In this document: positions 20,674 to 30,501 of the stretch, piece by piece
Layout: each line of letters opens with the position of its first letter
Position numbering within the stretch: position 1 is the stretch's first letter
Source of the DNA: Promethearchaeota archaeon
GTDB taxonomy: Archaea > Asgardarchaeota > Lokiarchaeia > Sigyniarchaeales > SOKP01
Length of the DNA: 64,000 nt
Direction of reading: 5' to 3'
Assembly (NCBI GenBank): GCA_048941185.1
Contig: JBHLNW010000003.1
Location: forward strand, 31,238 to 95,237
Translations under genes and position numbers: made by a program
The notes under the pieces: model-generated
What the model was told of the DNA's origin: nothing
Seen by the model: the letters and a program-made list of their open reading frames with translations, nothing else
Databases searched by the model: none

Positions 20674-20703
20674 TTTTTTTGAATAATATAAAATAAAAAA
20701 AAA
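20674..20703. terminator. Probable back-to-back oligo-T terminators between convergent rad50 and histone genes
   Basis: T7 run on + at 20674-20680 and A9 run (T9 on -) at 20695-20703, within the 61-bp gap. Confidence 0.45.
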
Positions 20704-20724
20704 TTGTTATTAAAGCAAGGAAAT

Positions 20725-20928
20725 TTATAAATCTCTTGCCTTAACTGTCTTTCTATTATTAGCTTGTGCTCGTTTTACTGCCTTATCAAGCATCCCCATG
20801 ATGAGATTATTTAAAGCGTCCCCATCAAGGACTCCACTGCTAGTATTACACCCTTTCCCCTTAATAAATTCTCTTACCTTAGATTTAACAAATAATGGTT
20901 CTGATTTTGCTGCAGGTTTTTTTGCCAT
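20725..20928 (-). CDS. Histone-fold protein, alpha3-truncated (non-nucleosomal) type, with a Lys/Ala/Pro N-terminal tail
   Basis: LFVKSKVREFIK..CNTS...LDKAVKRAQANNRKTVKARDL has the RKTxxxxD histone signature and ends right after it. GAGGAAG lies upstream of the ATG. Confidence 0.88.
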   Translation of the reverse strand: MAKKPAAKSEPLFVKSKVREFIKGKGCNTSSGVLDGDALNNLIMGMLDKAVKRAQANNRKTVKARDL

Positions 20929-21348
20929 TTTATTCTTCCTCTTTTAGAATTTTTTTTAAAAATTTTATTTAAAATAGGATTTATAATAAAAACAAATTAT
21001 TTTTTGTTAAGTATTATTTTTCCTACTGTATTATTAAATGTTTGTGATTTAACCAAAATTTTGTGAAATTCTATTTAAATTCAATAGATTTGAGCTAAAA
21101 CCAAAAATAATGAATTGCTAATAGAATTATTAACAAGAGAATATCTTTACCATTAATAACGTATTAATATAGTTTCTTCTTTTCTTCTTTCACATATAAT
21201 AAATATTTTGTAGATTCTAGTCTTTTTGATACTCTATAAAAATGGAAAATGAAGTAATAATATTCTGGGGTAATTCATATAAAGTGTATAATAAAAAAAA
21301 ATAAAGATTGTGTTATTTGTTTCAGCGAATTATTGTTAATTTCACTGT

Positions 21349-21633
21349 TTATTTCGGTGGAGCAAGAACAATTTCAATACTTGAAACATTATTGTTTTGT
21401 CCATTTTCTCCTTCTAACTGTTCTGTGCTTAATTTGATGTCCTTATATTGTGTACCCTTTAAGAATCTATTTCTCAAAATCTCACAAACATCAACAGCAT
21501 GGGAAATAGCTCTACCTCTAGCTTTTACAGTACATTCCTCACCTTTATTAAGGATCATCATTGTGGCCATCACATAGTTCATTGTTGGACGGCGGCCAAC
21601 GAAAACAGAATTTGTTTCTTTTTCTTTTGCCAT
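21349..21633 (-). CDS. albA: DNA/RNA-binding protein Alba
   Basis: VFVGRRPTMNYV, VKARGRAISHAVDV, VSSIEIVL; GAGGA upstream. Confidence 0.95.
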   Translation of the reverse strand: MAKEKETNSVFVGRRPTMNYVMATMMILNKGEECTVKARGRAISHAVDVCEILRNRFLKGTQYKDIKLSTEQLEGENGQNNNVSSIEIVLAPPK

Positions 21634-21888
21634 TTTAATTTCCTCTTTAGTTTTAAATTTTTTATTGTATTTCTTTACTTTTTTGTTAATTTGCGATTGC
21701 GTATTACGTTTGGTTGTTTTATTGTATTTTTGATTAAAAATTACGTAATAACATTTTCTTGAAATTTTAGAAATGTTTTAAATTTTATTGTCAGATTAAT
21801 AAGAATTTTTTATTTTCTAACAGAATCTAACTCAATGAAGATATATTCTTATAGAAATAATAAAAAAAAAGAAGTTAAATATTAATAA

Positions 21889-22107
21889 TTATAAACCCTT
21901 CAATTTTACAGCAAGAAAAAACAGAAACCAAGTTAGAAAAAATAGTATCAGAGCAATAATAAACCAGCCATTGTATGTTCCAATAAGAAATGCCGGTAGA
22001 AGTGAAGTCCAAAGACCCATAGATAGATCCATAAGAATAAATATCCCAAAAGCCATCAATAGGAATGTAATTACTACAATAAATTTACTGGGTGGAGTCC
22101 ATGCCAT
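21889..22107 (-). CDS. Small two-TM membrane protein
   Basis: Two hydrophobic stretches; GGTGA SD motif upstream of the ATG. Confidence 0.65.
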   Translation of the reverse strand: MAWTPPSKFIVVITFLLMAFGIFILMDLSMGLWTSLLPAFLIGTYNGWFIIALILFFLTWFLFFLAVKLKGL

Positions 22108-22240
22108 TTACTGTTCACCAATTTAATAATTTTTATACTTATAATTAGAATATAGTAAGTAATAATTTGATTTAGTATTTTATAAATGTTTAACTTATTT
22201 TAAATAGAAATATTATTAATTAACATTCCAAACAATTGAG

Positions 22241-22945
22241 TTAATTAGGTTCTGTGAAGTCAATCTCAAGTTCCCTTACTGATTTATCACTTTTAGCTTT
22301 TGGGTTATAAATTAGTTTTTTCTCTCCATTCTTTTTATCCTTACCATTATCATCTTTTTTAACTATATCCCAAATGATGCTTATAATAAGTAAAGCAGAA
22401 ACAATAACTAAAAGAGGAATTAATAATCCTGAATCTGTTAAAAGGATTTTAACCCATCCAATATAAGGGATTCTTCCTACAACCACTCCTAAAACGCTCG
22501 TTTCTGGAACAGGTACATCATCAACAGAAGGATTAGCATCTCCTTTTGTACGAAAGAACCAGCCACCATCATACCATTTATCAACAACACGATGAACGAT
22601 TGGATCACGTGGAGGGTTTATCCACCCATCTAAATTCCATGCGTCAAAAACAATTATATCACCTTCCTTTCCTTCAATTGTACCATTTCTTATCTGAGCA
22701 ACATCCCTACCTTGTACAAATAATAAGTCCCCCTTTAATAGAGTTGGTTCCATTGACTTAGAGACTACTACTACCATGGGAATGTCTGTGTTCAAAGATA
22801 CTTGTAAGATAAAATAGATCAAAAATGATCCTGAAAACGCTAATGCTATTAGCACAATCGCAGTAATTAGTTTCTTTTTTGAATTAGCTTGCTTTTTCTT
22901 TAGCTTTTTCCTATTAAACCCTGTTTTTTGATGTTCTTTTTCCAT
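22241..22945 (-). CDS. sec11: Signal peptidase I, ER/archaeal Sec11 type
   Basis: VVVSKSMEPTL..GDL, GDIIVF, PIVHRV, TKGDAN (Ser-His dyad). The ATG at 22945 is preferred over the track's TTG at 22984. Confidence 0.9.
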   Translation of the reverse strand: MEKEHQKTGFNRKKLKKKQANSKKKLITAIVLIALAFSGSFLIYFILQVSLNTDIPMVVVVSKSMEPTLLKGDLLFVQGRDVAQIRNGTIEGKEGDIIVFDAWNLDGWINPPRDPIVHRVVDKWYDGGWFFRTKGDANPSVDDVPVPETSVLGVVVGRIPYIGWVKILLTDSGLLIPLLVIVSALLIISIIWDIVKKDDNGKDKKNGEKKLIYNPKAKSDKSVRELEIDFTEPN

Positions 22946-23123
22946 AAGATAAAAATAAGTAATTCTATGGTCAAATCTAATCAAAATAGAAATATAAATT
23001 TTCTTAAAATAATGAATTAAATTTAGGATATTAACAGTTCTGATTCATAAATTAAGACATTGAATTATGACAAAAGATTAACATTTTAAACTAAAATATC
23101 TAGAATAAAATTATCCAATTTGA

Positions 23124-23948
23124 TTGAATAACAGCACTACAATTAGGGTTAAGAACTATAAAATGATAGAGAAAAGCCAATCATTTGATATACGAGACAA
23201 AAGTTATGATGAAATTCAAGCAATTTTGGAAAATATATTAGAAGAAAGTTTGTCTCTTTCAATTGAAACGAAAAGACTGGGAGGTTCTTTACTCAGAATA
23301 ACATATTTCGATAATAATATCGATCAAAATAAACAGAAAGGTAATAGAATTACTATTTTACAAGAACCTGAAAAAAGAGTTTATATTCAAGTTAAAGGGA
23401 AGTTATCTGATGCTCAAATTAGACAATTATGGAGAGATTTTGAGAGAAAATTAACCAATTCAGCATATATTGAGAAAGTTGCGAAGGATAAACCCTCGAA
23501 AGAGGAATTAGTTCAAAAAATAAAGCGTTTAATTGAGTTAAAAGGCTATATTGTCAAAGACAATGATGTTCAAACATTTCTACAAAATTTTATTGAGAAA
23601 TTCGATCGATTACCAATGGAAAATGAATTTGATTCAATAGTAAAAGGATATATTATAATGATGAATGAAGTATTTTTGAAACAAAAAGCAGAAACTTCAA
23701 TTAAAAGTGAACCATCTATAGAGAGTGAAGAATCTCTCTTAGATATTATTGAGGATAAAAATCTTACAAGTTCTTATAATGATAAGGTGGTAGTATCCGA
23801 AGATTCTATTGGACGAAGGAAATGTCCTAGTTGTGGGGATGAAACATCAATTCATGAAGTAATAGATAAAAGTATAATATTGATGGATTATCCTCGAATA
23901 TATGGGAAAAAAAAGTACTGTGGATTATGTGGCTATGAATGGAAGTAG
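23124..23948 (+). CDS. Hypothetical protein with C-terminal zinc ribbon
   Basis: RRKCPSCG...KKYCGLCGYEWK; the start may be the internal ATG (MIEKS). Confidence 0.65.
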   Translation: MNNSTTIRVKNYKMIEKSQSFDIRDKSYDEIQAILENILEESLSLSIETKRLGGSLLRITYFDNNIDQNKQKGNRITILQEPEKRVYIQVKGKLSDAQIRQLWRDFERKLTNSAYIEKVAKDKPSKEELVQKIKRLIELKGYIVKDNDVQTFLQNFIEKFDRLPMENEFDSIVKGYIIMMNEVFLKQKAETSIKSEPSIESEESLLDIIEDKNLTSSYNDKVVVSEDSIGRRKCPSCGDETSIHEVIDKSIILMDYPRIYGKKKYCGLCGYEWK

Positions 23949-24100
23949 TTTTACTAATTTTCGGTTAATATTTCTTTATTTTTACTTCCATCTCATTAGT
24001 GCTGAACTTACTACAAAAGTTAACTAAAAACAGTTTTAAATAGTTTAGTATTTAAAAAAATATCATAATCAATTTTTTATCATAATCTAAATTATTCGAG

Positions 24101-25087
24101 TTGATAATTATGGAGGATTATGCAATTATTTATAATCCTATTGCCAAGAAAGGAGAAGCTGAACAAGATCTTGAATATGCATTCAAATGCCTAAAAGAAT
24201 TGAATGTTTCATTTAAATCTGTAGTAACAGAATATGATGGTCATGCTATCGAATTAGCTAGACAGCTAGCGAAAGAGGGGTACCGGGTAATTGCAGCTGG
24301 AGGAGATGGTACAGCAAACCAAGTGCTTCATGGGACAATAACGTCGAATTCAAAAGCGCTTTGCGGATTTATTCCTATGGGTTCGGGAAATGATATCCCT
24401 GCTGCTTTAGGTTATAGAGCAGATGTTAAACGAGCATGTGAAATTATTGCAGAAGGATTTTCAAGCAAATGTGATATTGGATTTGCTAAAACCGATAGTG
24501 GTGTTGAAAGATACTTCTTAGGTATAGGAAGTCAAGGATTTGATTCAGAGGTCGCAAGAAGATCAAATGAAGATAAAGAAAAGGATTACAATATGATAAT
24601 TCTTACATTACTTAAAGAATGGGAAAATAAAGAAATTATCGTTAAAATGGATAATGATACTTTTGAAGGGGAGGCTAATCTTGCGGCGGTAGGACTTTCT
24701 GGAGCTTATGGGGGAGGTATGTTTATTTGCCAAAGAGCTAGTATTGAAGATGGTCTTTTTGATATAAGTATCGTAAACATTGACAAAGTCAAATTAGCTA
24801 GGCAATTTAGAAGAATGTATAGTGCTACTCTTTTACCACACCCTGATATTAGTGAATATCAGAGTAAGAAAGTTAGAGTAGAAATGAGACCTCCTGAAGA
24901 TGAACCATATGTATGCCAAGTTGATGGAGAAGTGTTAGGAAACCTTCCTGTAACCTATGAATGCATTCAAGATGGATATGAATTTATTCGTCCAAGAAAT
25001 AATGATTTTGCTGAGGAATTTAAACAGAAATATGGTCATTATATGTGGGAATGCTGGGATGAGTTAGAAAAACGTAAAAATAAATAA
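24101..25087 (+). CDS. Diacylglycerol/sphingosine kinase-family (YegS/DagK-like) lipid kinase
   Basis: IIYNP, AAGGDGT, IPMGSGND, GFD, YGGG, DGLFDI, QVDGE. Confidence 0.88.
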   Translation: MIIMEDYAIIYNPIAKKGEAEQDLEYAFKCLKELNVSFKSVVTEYDGHAIELARQLAKEGYRVIAAGGDGTANQVLHGTITSNSKALCGFIPMGSGNDIPAALGYRADVKRACEIIAEGFSSKCDIGFAKTDSGVERYFLGIGSQGFDSEVARRSNEDKEKDYNMIILTLLKEWENKEIIVKMDNDTFEGEANLAAVGLSGAYGGGMFICQRASIEDGLFDISIVNIDKVKLARQFRRMYSATLLPHPDISEYQSKKVRVEMRPPEDEPYVCQVDGEVLGNLPVTYECIQDGYEFIRPRNNDFAEEFKQKYGHYMWECWDELEKRKNK

Positions 25088-25120
25088 AGATTTTTACTGG
25101 GAAAAAATACTTACTTTAAG

Positions 25121-25744
25121 ATGCCCGACTGGGAGGATATATTTTCAGAAAAAGGTAAAGTCTTCACAGAGCCACATCTAGAAATGGAGAGAATTGCTAA
25201 TTTCTTTAAGGAAAATGGAGTGCGAAAAATATTAGATATTGGTTCTGGAACTGGACGTCATCTTATCTTTTTCTCTAAGAAAGGTTTTGAGATATATGGT
25301 TTTGATGCATCTCCAAAAGCAATTTCCATCGCCAAAGAATGGCTTGCAGAAGAAAATCTAAAAGCAGAGATAAAACTAAGTAGGATTGAGACAAAATTCC
25401 CATATGATGATAACTTTTTTGATGCAATTATCTCAATCCAAGTCATCCACCATAATAAAATGAAAGATATTCTCTACACTGTAAGTGAAATTGAAAGAGT
25501 CATAAAAAAAGGAGGTATAATCTTTATAACTTTTCCAAGATTAGAAGGTGAAGGTGATTTAGAGGATTGGAAGTTGAAAGAGATTGAAACTGGTACATAT
25601 ATTCCTCAAGCAGGGCAAGAAAAAGGACTTCCACATCATTTTTTTTCTATTGAAGAAATTTATGAAGTTTTTGGGTCTTTCAATTTATTAGAAGTTTACA
25701 ATGATAGAACAAGACATCGCGCAATCTTAGGTATTAAGAAATAA
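25121..25744 (+). CDS. Class I SAM-dependent methyltransferase
   Basis: ILDIGSGTGRH, YGFDAS, FPYDDNFFDAIIS, KKGG. Confidence 0.88.
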   Translation: MPDWEDIFSEKGKVFTEPHLEMERIANFFKENGVRKILDIGSGTGRHLIFFSKKGFEIYGFDASPKAISIAKEWLAEENLKAEIKLSRIETKFPYDDNFFDAIISIQVIHHNKMKDILYTVSEIERVIKKGGIIFITFPRLEGEGDLEDWKLKEIETGTYIPQAGQEKGLPHHFFSIEEIYEVFGSFNLLEVYNDRTRHRAILGIKK

Positions 25745-25761
25745 GACTATAATTGAAAGAA

Positions 25762-26928
25762 TTAGATTGTATTGTTATTATGCACCTTCAGTGCTTCTTT
25801 TACCATTTGTTTTCTAGTTATTAATATTATAATTGAAATACCCACGATAGCAATAATAATTGTTATGACTATTAACATCTCTAGATTTAGGAGATTTTTA
25901 TCTTGATTCCAAGGATAATTTCCTTGATAATTATTATTTTGATCATCCACATAATTATTATAAATAAACTGTTCGACAGTCTTACCTGTAGTTTCAAGAC
26001 TATTTTTTGATATATAAGTTAAATTATCATTAGTAGTATGGTGATAAGGCCAATCAGGATTGCGATCCCAAAATTTGATAATTAAATCTGCAGATGGAAT
26101 ACCATAATTCACAAAAGCTACGTGATCATCTACAATTGCTTGAGATATTGGTGTTCTTGGAAATTCGTTGGTATAACCTAGACTTCTTCCAATAGCAAAT
26201 AATTCGTCTAAGAGTGAAGATGTAGAATGTTGTTCATTAATAAATCTTAGGTTTGTTCCCCCAACCATATCTAATAAAATCATACAGTCAAAATTTTCTG
26301 TTGTTGAATTAAAAAAATTGTCGATTTCAGAAATAAATTTTTGAGATCCTTCACACCACCCCCATCCAGACAAACCAGAACCTACATCGTATCCTTGATC
26401 TTCAGCATCAAAAAAGACAAACCAAATTTGACAACTTAGATTCTCTCTCATTGTATAGAAATTTCTTGCTAATTCAATTAAAACAGCACTTCCACTAGCA
26501 CCATCGTTTGCACCTGGAACAGGAGCAGATGTATTTGTTAAGTCTTTTGTTGCTCTTGCTCTAGAATCATAATGTGCTCCTAAAATTACTATGTTGGTTT
26601 CATTCTTGTTTAATTTAAATAAAACATTTTGACATTCTGTGGAATAGACTGAAAAATTATGAAGAACATAAGTAAAATTAATATCAACCTCTAAAAATTT
26701 TGTTATAAAATAATTAGTACAATTCACACGTTCTTGTGTTCCAGGAATTCGATAACCTATATCTAATTGATCTTCTACATAAGAATAAGCATTATCTTTA
26801 TTAAATTGGAGTTCTATATCATAATTCTGGATATTAAGATTGCTTGAAGGTAAATTTAAATAAATTATTGTAAAAATTAAAAGAGATAATAGAGTACTTG
26901 AAATTAAAATGATATATTTCTTTTTTAT
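25762..26928 (-). CDS. Membrane-anchored M28 zinc peptidase / glutaminyl cyclase-like protein; probable ATA start
   Basis: GAHYDSR, GANDGASG, FFDAED, LLDMVG, DDH and HHTTND motifs, with a C-terminal TM. The frame extends upstream of the track's GTG through GYRIPGT and a signal-like IKKKYIILISSTLLSLLIFTIIY to an ATA after GGTGA, with an in-frame TGA just upstream. Confidence 0.85.
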   Translation of the reverse strand: MKKKYIILISSTLLSLLIFTIIYLNLPSSNLNIQNYDIELQFNKDNAYSYVEDQLDIGYRIPGTQERVNCTNYFITKFLEVDINFTYVLHNFSVYSTECQNVLFKLNKNETNIVILGAHYDSRARATKDLTNTSAPVPGANDGASGSAVLIELARNFYTMRENLSCQIWFVFFDAEDQGYDVGSGLSGWGWCEGSQKFISEIDNFFNSTTENFDCMILLDMVGGTNLRFINEQHSTSSLLDELFAIGRSLGYTNEFPRTPISQAIVDDHVAFVNYGIPSADLIIKFWDRNPDWPYHHTTNDNLTYISKNSLETTGKTVEQFIYNNYVDDQNNNYQGNYPWNQDKNLLNLEMLIVITIIIAIVGISIIILITRKQMVKEALKVHNNNTI

Positions 26929-27019
26929 ATAAATTCACCAAGTTTTATGAAGAACCTTTAAGGATTTTTACTTCCTAATTTAAGATTAAAAAATAAAAAA
27001 TATAATTATTGTTTAGATT

Positions 27020-27442
27020 TTACATTGGTTCGAAACCAAGATCTACTCTTATTTCTCCCCCTTCTAGTTCTGTTTCTAAGAACTTTGCTTTTACAGGAGT
27101 ATTTATTTTAATATCTTCTGGTTTAGTCTCATCAACACCTACTAATTGTCCAGAGATCATAGGACCCTCATCAAGTTCTATTACTGAAAAACAATATGGT
27201 TTTTTCATTGAATAACCTTTCTTTACCATGAATGTAGCCCCTACACCAATACAAGAATAAGCAGCTAATTTTCCCTTACCTGATAATTCTACCCATTCTA
27301 CATCAGTTGAATTGCATTTTATACATAATTTCCTTGGAGGAACATCAAGAGTACCACACTTTTTGCATTTAGAACCCATCAATTTTTTATTTTGGATATA
27401 TTCCAAATAATTTTGAATTGTAATTTCTTTTTGTTCTGACAT
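27020..27442 (-). CDS. DUF35-family Zn-ribbon/OB-fold thiolase partner
   Basis: CKKCG...PPRKLCIKC, WVELSGKGKL, VIELDEGP; directly downstream of the thiolase. Confidence 0.9.
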   Translation of the reverse strand: MSEQKEITIQNYLEYIQNKKLMGSKCKKCGTLDVPPRKLCIKCNSTDVEWVELSGKGKLAAYSCIGVGATFMVKKGYSMKKPYCFSVIELDEGPMISGQLVGVDETKPEDIKINTPVKAKFLETELEGGEIRVDLGFEPM

Positions 27443-27459
27443 TTTAATTTTTCACCTTT

Positions 27460-28719
27460 CTATTTCTCATAAATAGTTACCACACATGTGGCACCAGAAC
27501 CTCCTAAATTATGACTTAATGCTTTTTCAACATTAAATTTAACTTGTCTATCCCGCTCAGCTATTCCACGCATTTGTTTGAAGATTTCAACTGCCATAGC
27601 AGCCCCTGTTGCACCTACAGGATGTCCTTTTGACTTTAGTCCTCCAGAAGTGTTGATAGGTCTTATTCCATCTCTCTTTGTCTCACCATTTTTAATAGCT
27701 TCTGCTGCTTTACCCTTTTCGTAGAATTCCAAATCTTCTAATGCGATGAGCTCAGCGATTGTAAAGCAGTCATGGACTTCCGCAATTTGAATATCCTTAG
27801 GTCCTAAACCTGACATTTGATATGCTTGTCTAGCGGCTTCTCTAGCAGCTATAAAACCAGTAATTTCATCTCTATCATGTAAAGAAAGAGCAGCACTCCC
27901 TTGTCCAGTACCAGTTATCCAAATTGGTGTATCAGTATATTTCTTTGCAACATCTTCTGCTGCTAAGAAAACACAAGCCGCACCATCAGTAACTAATGAA
28001 CAATCAAATAATCTCAACGGAGAAGCAATAATAGGATTTGATGAACTATTTAAGAAGTCCATTTCATCTTTCCATTCTGGAACCTTTCTACCTTGAGATT
28101 CAATTTTTTTGATTTTACTTGCCATTATCTGTTTTAATGATTGTTGCATTTGTGCATATGGATTTTGACTTCCATTTTCATGATTTTTTATAGCTATTCT
28201 CTTTAAATCGTCGTGTGTGGTTCCATATTTATAAAAATGAGCTGATGCAACAGCAGCATATAATCCTGGGAATGTGGCTCCCGCAGGATATTCAAATAAG
28301 TTATCTGAAGCAGTTGCTAAAGTATCAGTCACCAGAGTAGTAGATACCTCAGTCATACATTCCACACCACTTATTGCTACAATATCATGAATCCCTGATG
28401 CAATAGCTAATATTCCCTGTCGAAATGCTACACCACTACTAGCGCATGCTCCTTCAAATCTTGCAGCTGGTTTCGGCGTTAGTCCTACTAAATTAGCCAT
28501 TTGGGGTCCCAAATGTCCTTGATGATTAAACAAATCTGAGGAGTAATTACCAACATAACATGCGTCAACATCCTTAGGTTCAATACCATTATCTACTTTA
28601 CTCACAGCATCAATCCAAGCATCAACCCACATATCGGGATTACGCTTAAGAGGAAAATTTTGTCCAAATTTACTCATTCCAGCACCAATAATAGCAACTT
28701 TTCGAGCTAATTTACCCAT
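27460..28719 (-). CDS. Thiolase (SCP-x-like acetyl-CoA C-acyltransferase family)
   Basis: EGACASS (catalytic Cys), TDGAA, EVHDCF, INTSGGL..KGHPVGATG, HNLGG. Confidence 0.92.
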   Translation of the reverse strand: MGKLARKVAIIGAGMSKFGQNFPLKRNPDMWVDAWIDAVSKVDNGIEPKDVDACYVGNYSSDLFNHQGHLGPQMANLVGLTPKPAARFEGACASSGVAFRQGILAIASGIHDIVAISGVECMTEVSTTLVTDTLATASDNLFEYPAGATFPGLYAAVASAHFYKYGTTHDDLKRIAIKNHENGSQNPYAQMQQSLKQIMASKIKKIESQGRKVPEWKDEMDFLNSSSNPIIASPLRLFDCSLVTDGAACVFLAAEDVAKKYTDTPIWITGTGQGSAALSLHDRDEITGFIAAREAARQAYQMSGLGPKDIQIAEVHDCFTIAELIALEDLEFYEKGKAAEAIKNGETKRDGIRPINTSGGLKSKGHPVGATGAAMAVEIFKQMRGIAERDRQVKFNVEKALSHNLGGSGATCVVTIYEK

Positions 28720-28818
28720 AATTTCACCATTCGTTTATTTTGATTTTTTTTTTTGAAAATTAATGAATTGAATTAACTAAAAATTATATTTCTTTTCATT
28801 TTATCGAATAATTACTAC

Positions 28819-30039
28819 TCAATCGTGAAAATATTTAATAAGAAATAAAAGTTCAATTCCCAATCCTATTATGCTAAATATAAATGGAACAATATAATGA
28901 ATATATTCCACAATCAATCCTCCAATAATCCCAGTAGGAATTAAACCAATACCTCTAAAAAATGAAATAATGCCATAAGCTTCAGATTTTTGATTTTCCC
29001 CCAAATTAGTTAAAATTATTTGTTCGGCAGGTATAAATGTACAAACAGATAAAGCAAGTAGTACATAACCAACACTTAATGTAAAAATCAATGTGTACCT
29101 AATAAAATTCATCCAGAGAATAACAGATAATATATTCATAATAAAAAAACCGAACCCAAAGAATTGACTCAAAATTAATGTCTTTTTATTCCCAATTTTA
29201 TCAGTAATATGACCTGCAGGAATTTGAAATATGGCATTTCCAATATTAAACCATAATACTATGAAAGCTATATCTTCTTTTGTAAGATTGTAATAATCAT
29301 ATAATCCACCAGAATAGATTGAGAGAGAGAGACTATAAACGAAAATATCTAATGTAAAGAAAATTAAAATTGACCTTAAGGTCTTTGTTTTAAAAATCTT
29401 TAACCACATATTTTCCTTTTTATTAAATTTATCATTTACCTGCTTTTTTTGATTGAAATTTTGATTATTTTGAGCTGATAGAAAAAATGTAAAGAAAATT
29501 TCTTCAACAAGCAATAAAATAATAAAAATAAATAAATAAAATCTAGATTCAAGTCCTTGTCCAAGAATTATAAAGAATGTTCCTGCGATTGTGCCTCCAA
29601 AATAGGCAAAAAACATAAATCCAAATGTAAGTCCTTTAGATTTATTAGTATTTTCAGCAGTTAGAAATTGAGCGTTCAAATTATTAATAATAAAACCTAA
29701 AAAGTAAAATATTATCCCAAAAAGAATAAAATATACACTGGTTGGAGTTGCTAATATTAAAAATGATAATCCTAAGATATATATTGGAATGCTAGAAATA
29801 AGGATATACTTTCGATTAAATTTGTCAGAAAATTTTCCAATCAAGGGCATTGGCATAAATTGCATTATTGATCCTATTGAAATAAAGAGCCCTGTTAATA
29901 CTATGGAATTAGTAAGTTCTAATAGAAATGGTTGGTAAATAACTGCAAATATACCAGTCCCAAATCCATGAATTAATTTAGTAATAGCTATTGTTATTAG
30001 ATTCTTACGTTTAATTTTATCTAAAATTTGAGGGTTCAT
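28819..30039 (-). CDS. MFS transporter
   Basis: About 12 TM helices; GKFSDKFNRK and GHITDKIGNK motif A loops. Confidence 0.9.
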   Translation of the reverse strand: MNPQILDKIKRKNLITIAITKLIHGFGTGIFAVIYQPFLLELTNSIVLTGLFISIGSIMQFMPMPLIGKFSDKFNRKYILISSIPIYILGLSFLILATPTSVYFILFGIIFYFLGFIINNLNAQFLTAENTNKSKGLTFGFMFFAYFGGTIAGTFFIILGQGLESRFYLFIFIILLLVEEIFFTFFLSAQNNQNFNQKKQVNDKFNKKENMWLKIFKTKTLRSILIFFTLDIFVYSLSLSIYSGGLYDYYNLTKEDIAFIVLWFNIGNAIFQIPAGHITDKIGNKKTLILSQFFGFGFFIMNILSVILWMNFIRYTLIFTLSVGYVLLALSVCTFIPAEQIILTNLGENQKSEAYGIISFFRGIGLIPTGIIGGLIVEYIHYIVPFIFSIIGLGIELLFLIKYFHD

Positions 30040-30129
30040 TATATTTCTAATCGGGATATTATTATAATATACATTATAATAAATGGAAAATTTGGAATCA
30101 AAATAAAGTTTATATAGGTATTCTGATGC

Positions 30130-30501
30130 TTAATCTTCTTTTTTTTTCTTCATTTTTTTCAAATTATTTAATGCTATTAGATATCTTTTATTCTTTTTTG
30201 CTCTCTTTTCTAACCCCTTGCAAGGAAAATCTTGGCATTGGTAACAGTATTCTAATTTTCTATCATTTATACAACAAGATCTTATCCAGCATTCTTTAGT
30301 CCAACATTCTAATAGATGTCTCCTACAAGTGCTACAATGAAAGTCTTCTGGTTTTACATTATCCCACATCTTATCAAAGATTTTAACTAATCTTTCGGCA
30401 ATCTTAGGGTTATTTGGAGCTTGATATATTTTACATTGAGCGCAATCTATTCCGCACACAGAAATTATAAGTTTTGCTTGAGTAATCTTTCCTTTATTCA
30501 T
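30130..30501 (-). CDS. DUF3795-family Cys-rich protein
   Basis: SVCGIDCAQC...CSTCR...CWIRSCC...YCYQCQDFPC. Confidence 0.8.
   Translation of the reverse strand: MNKGKITQAKLIISVCGIDCAQCKIYQAPNNPKIAERLVKIFDKMWDNVKPEDFHCSTCRRHLLECWTKECWIRSCCINDRKLEYCYQCQDFPCKGLEKRAKKNKRYLIALNNLKKMKKKKED

Noticed and set aside
2172-28821. Selenocysteine read-through at TGA stops (2175, 2884, 28819)
   Set aside because: Each TGA falls at the natural end of a complete protein, and none aligns with a catalytic Cys.
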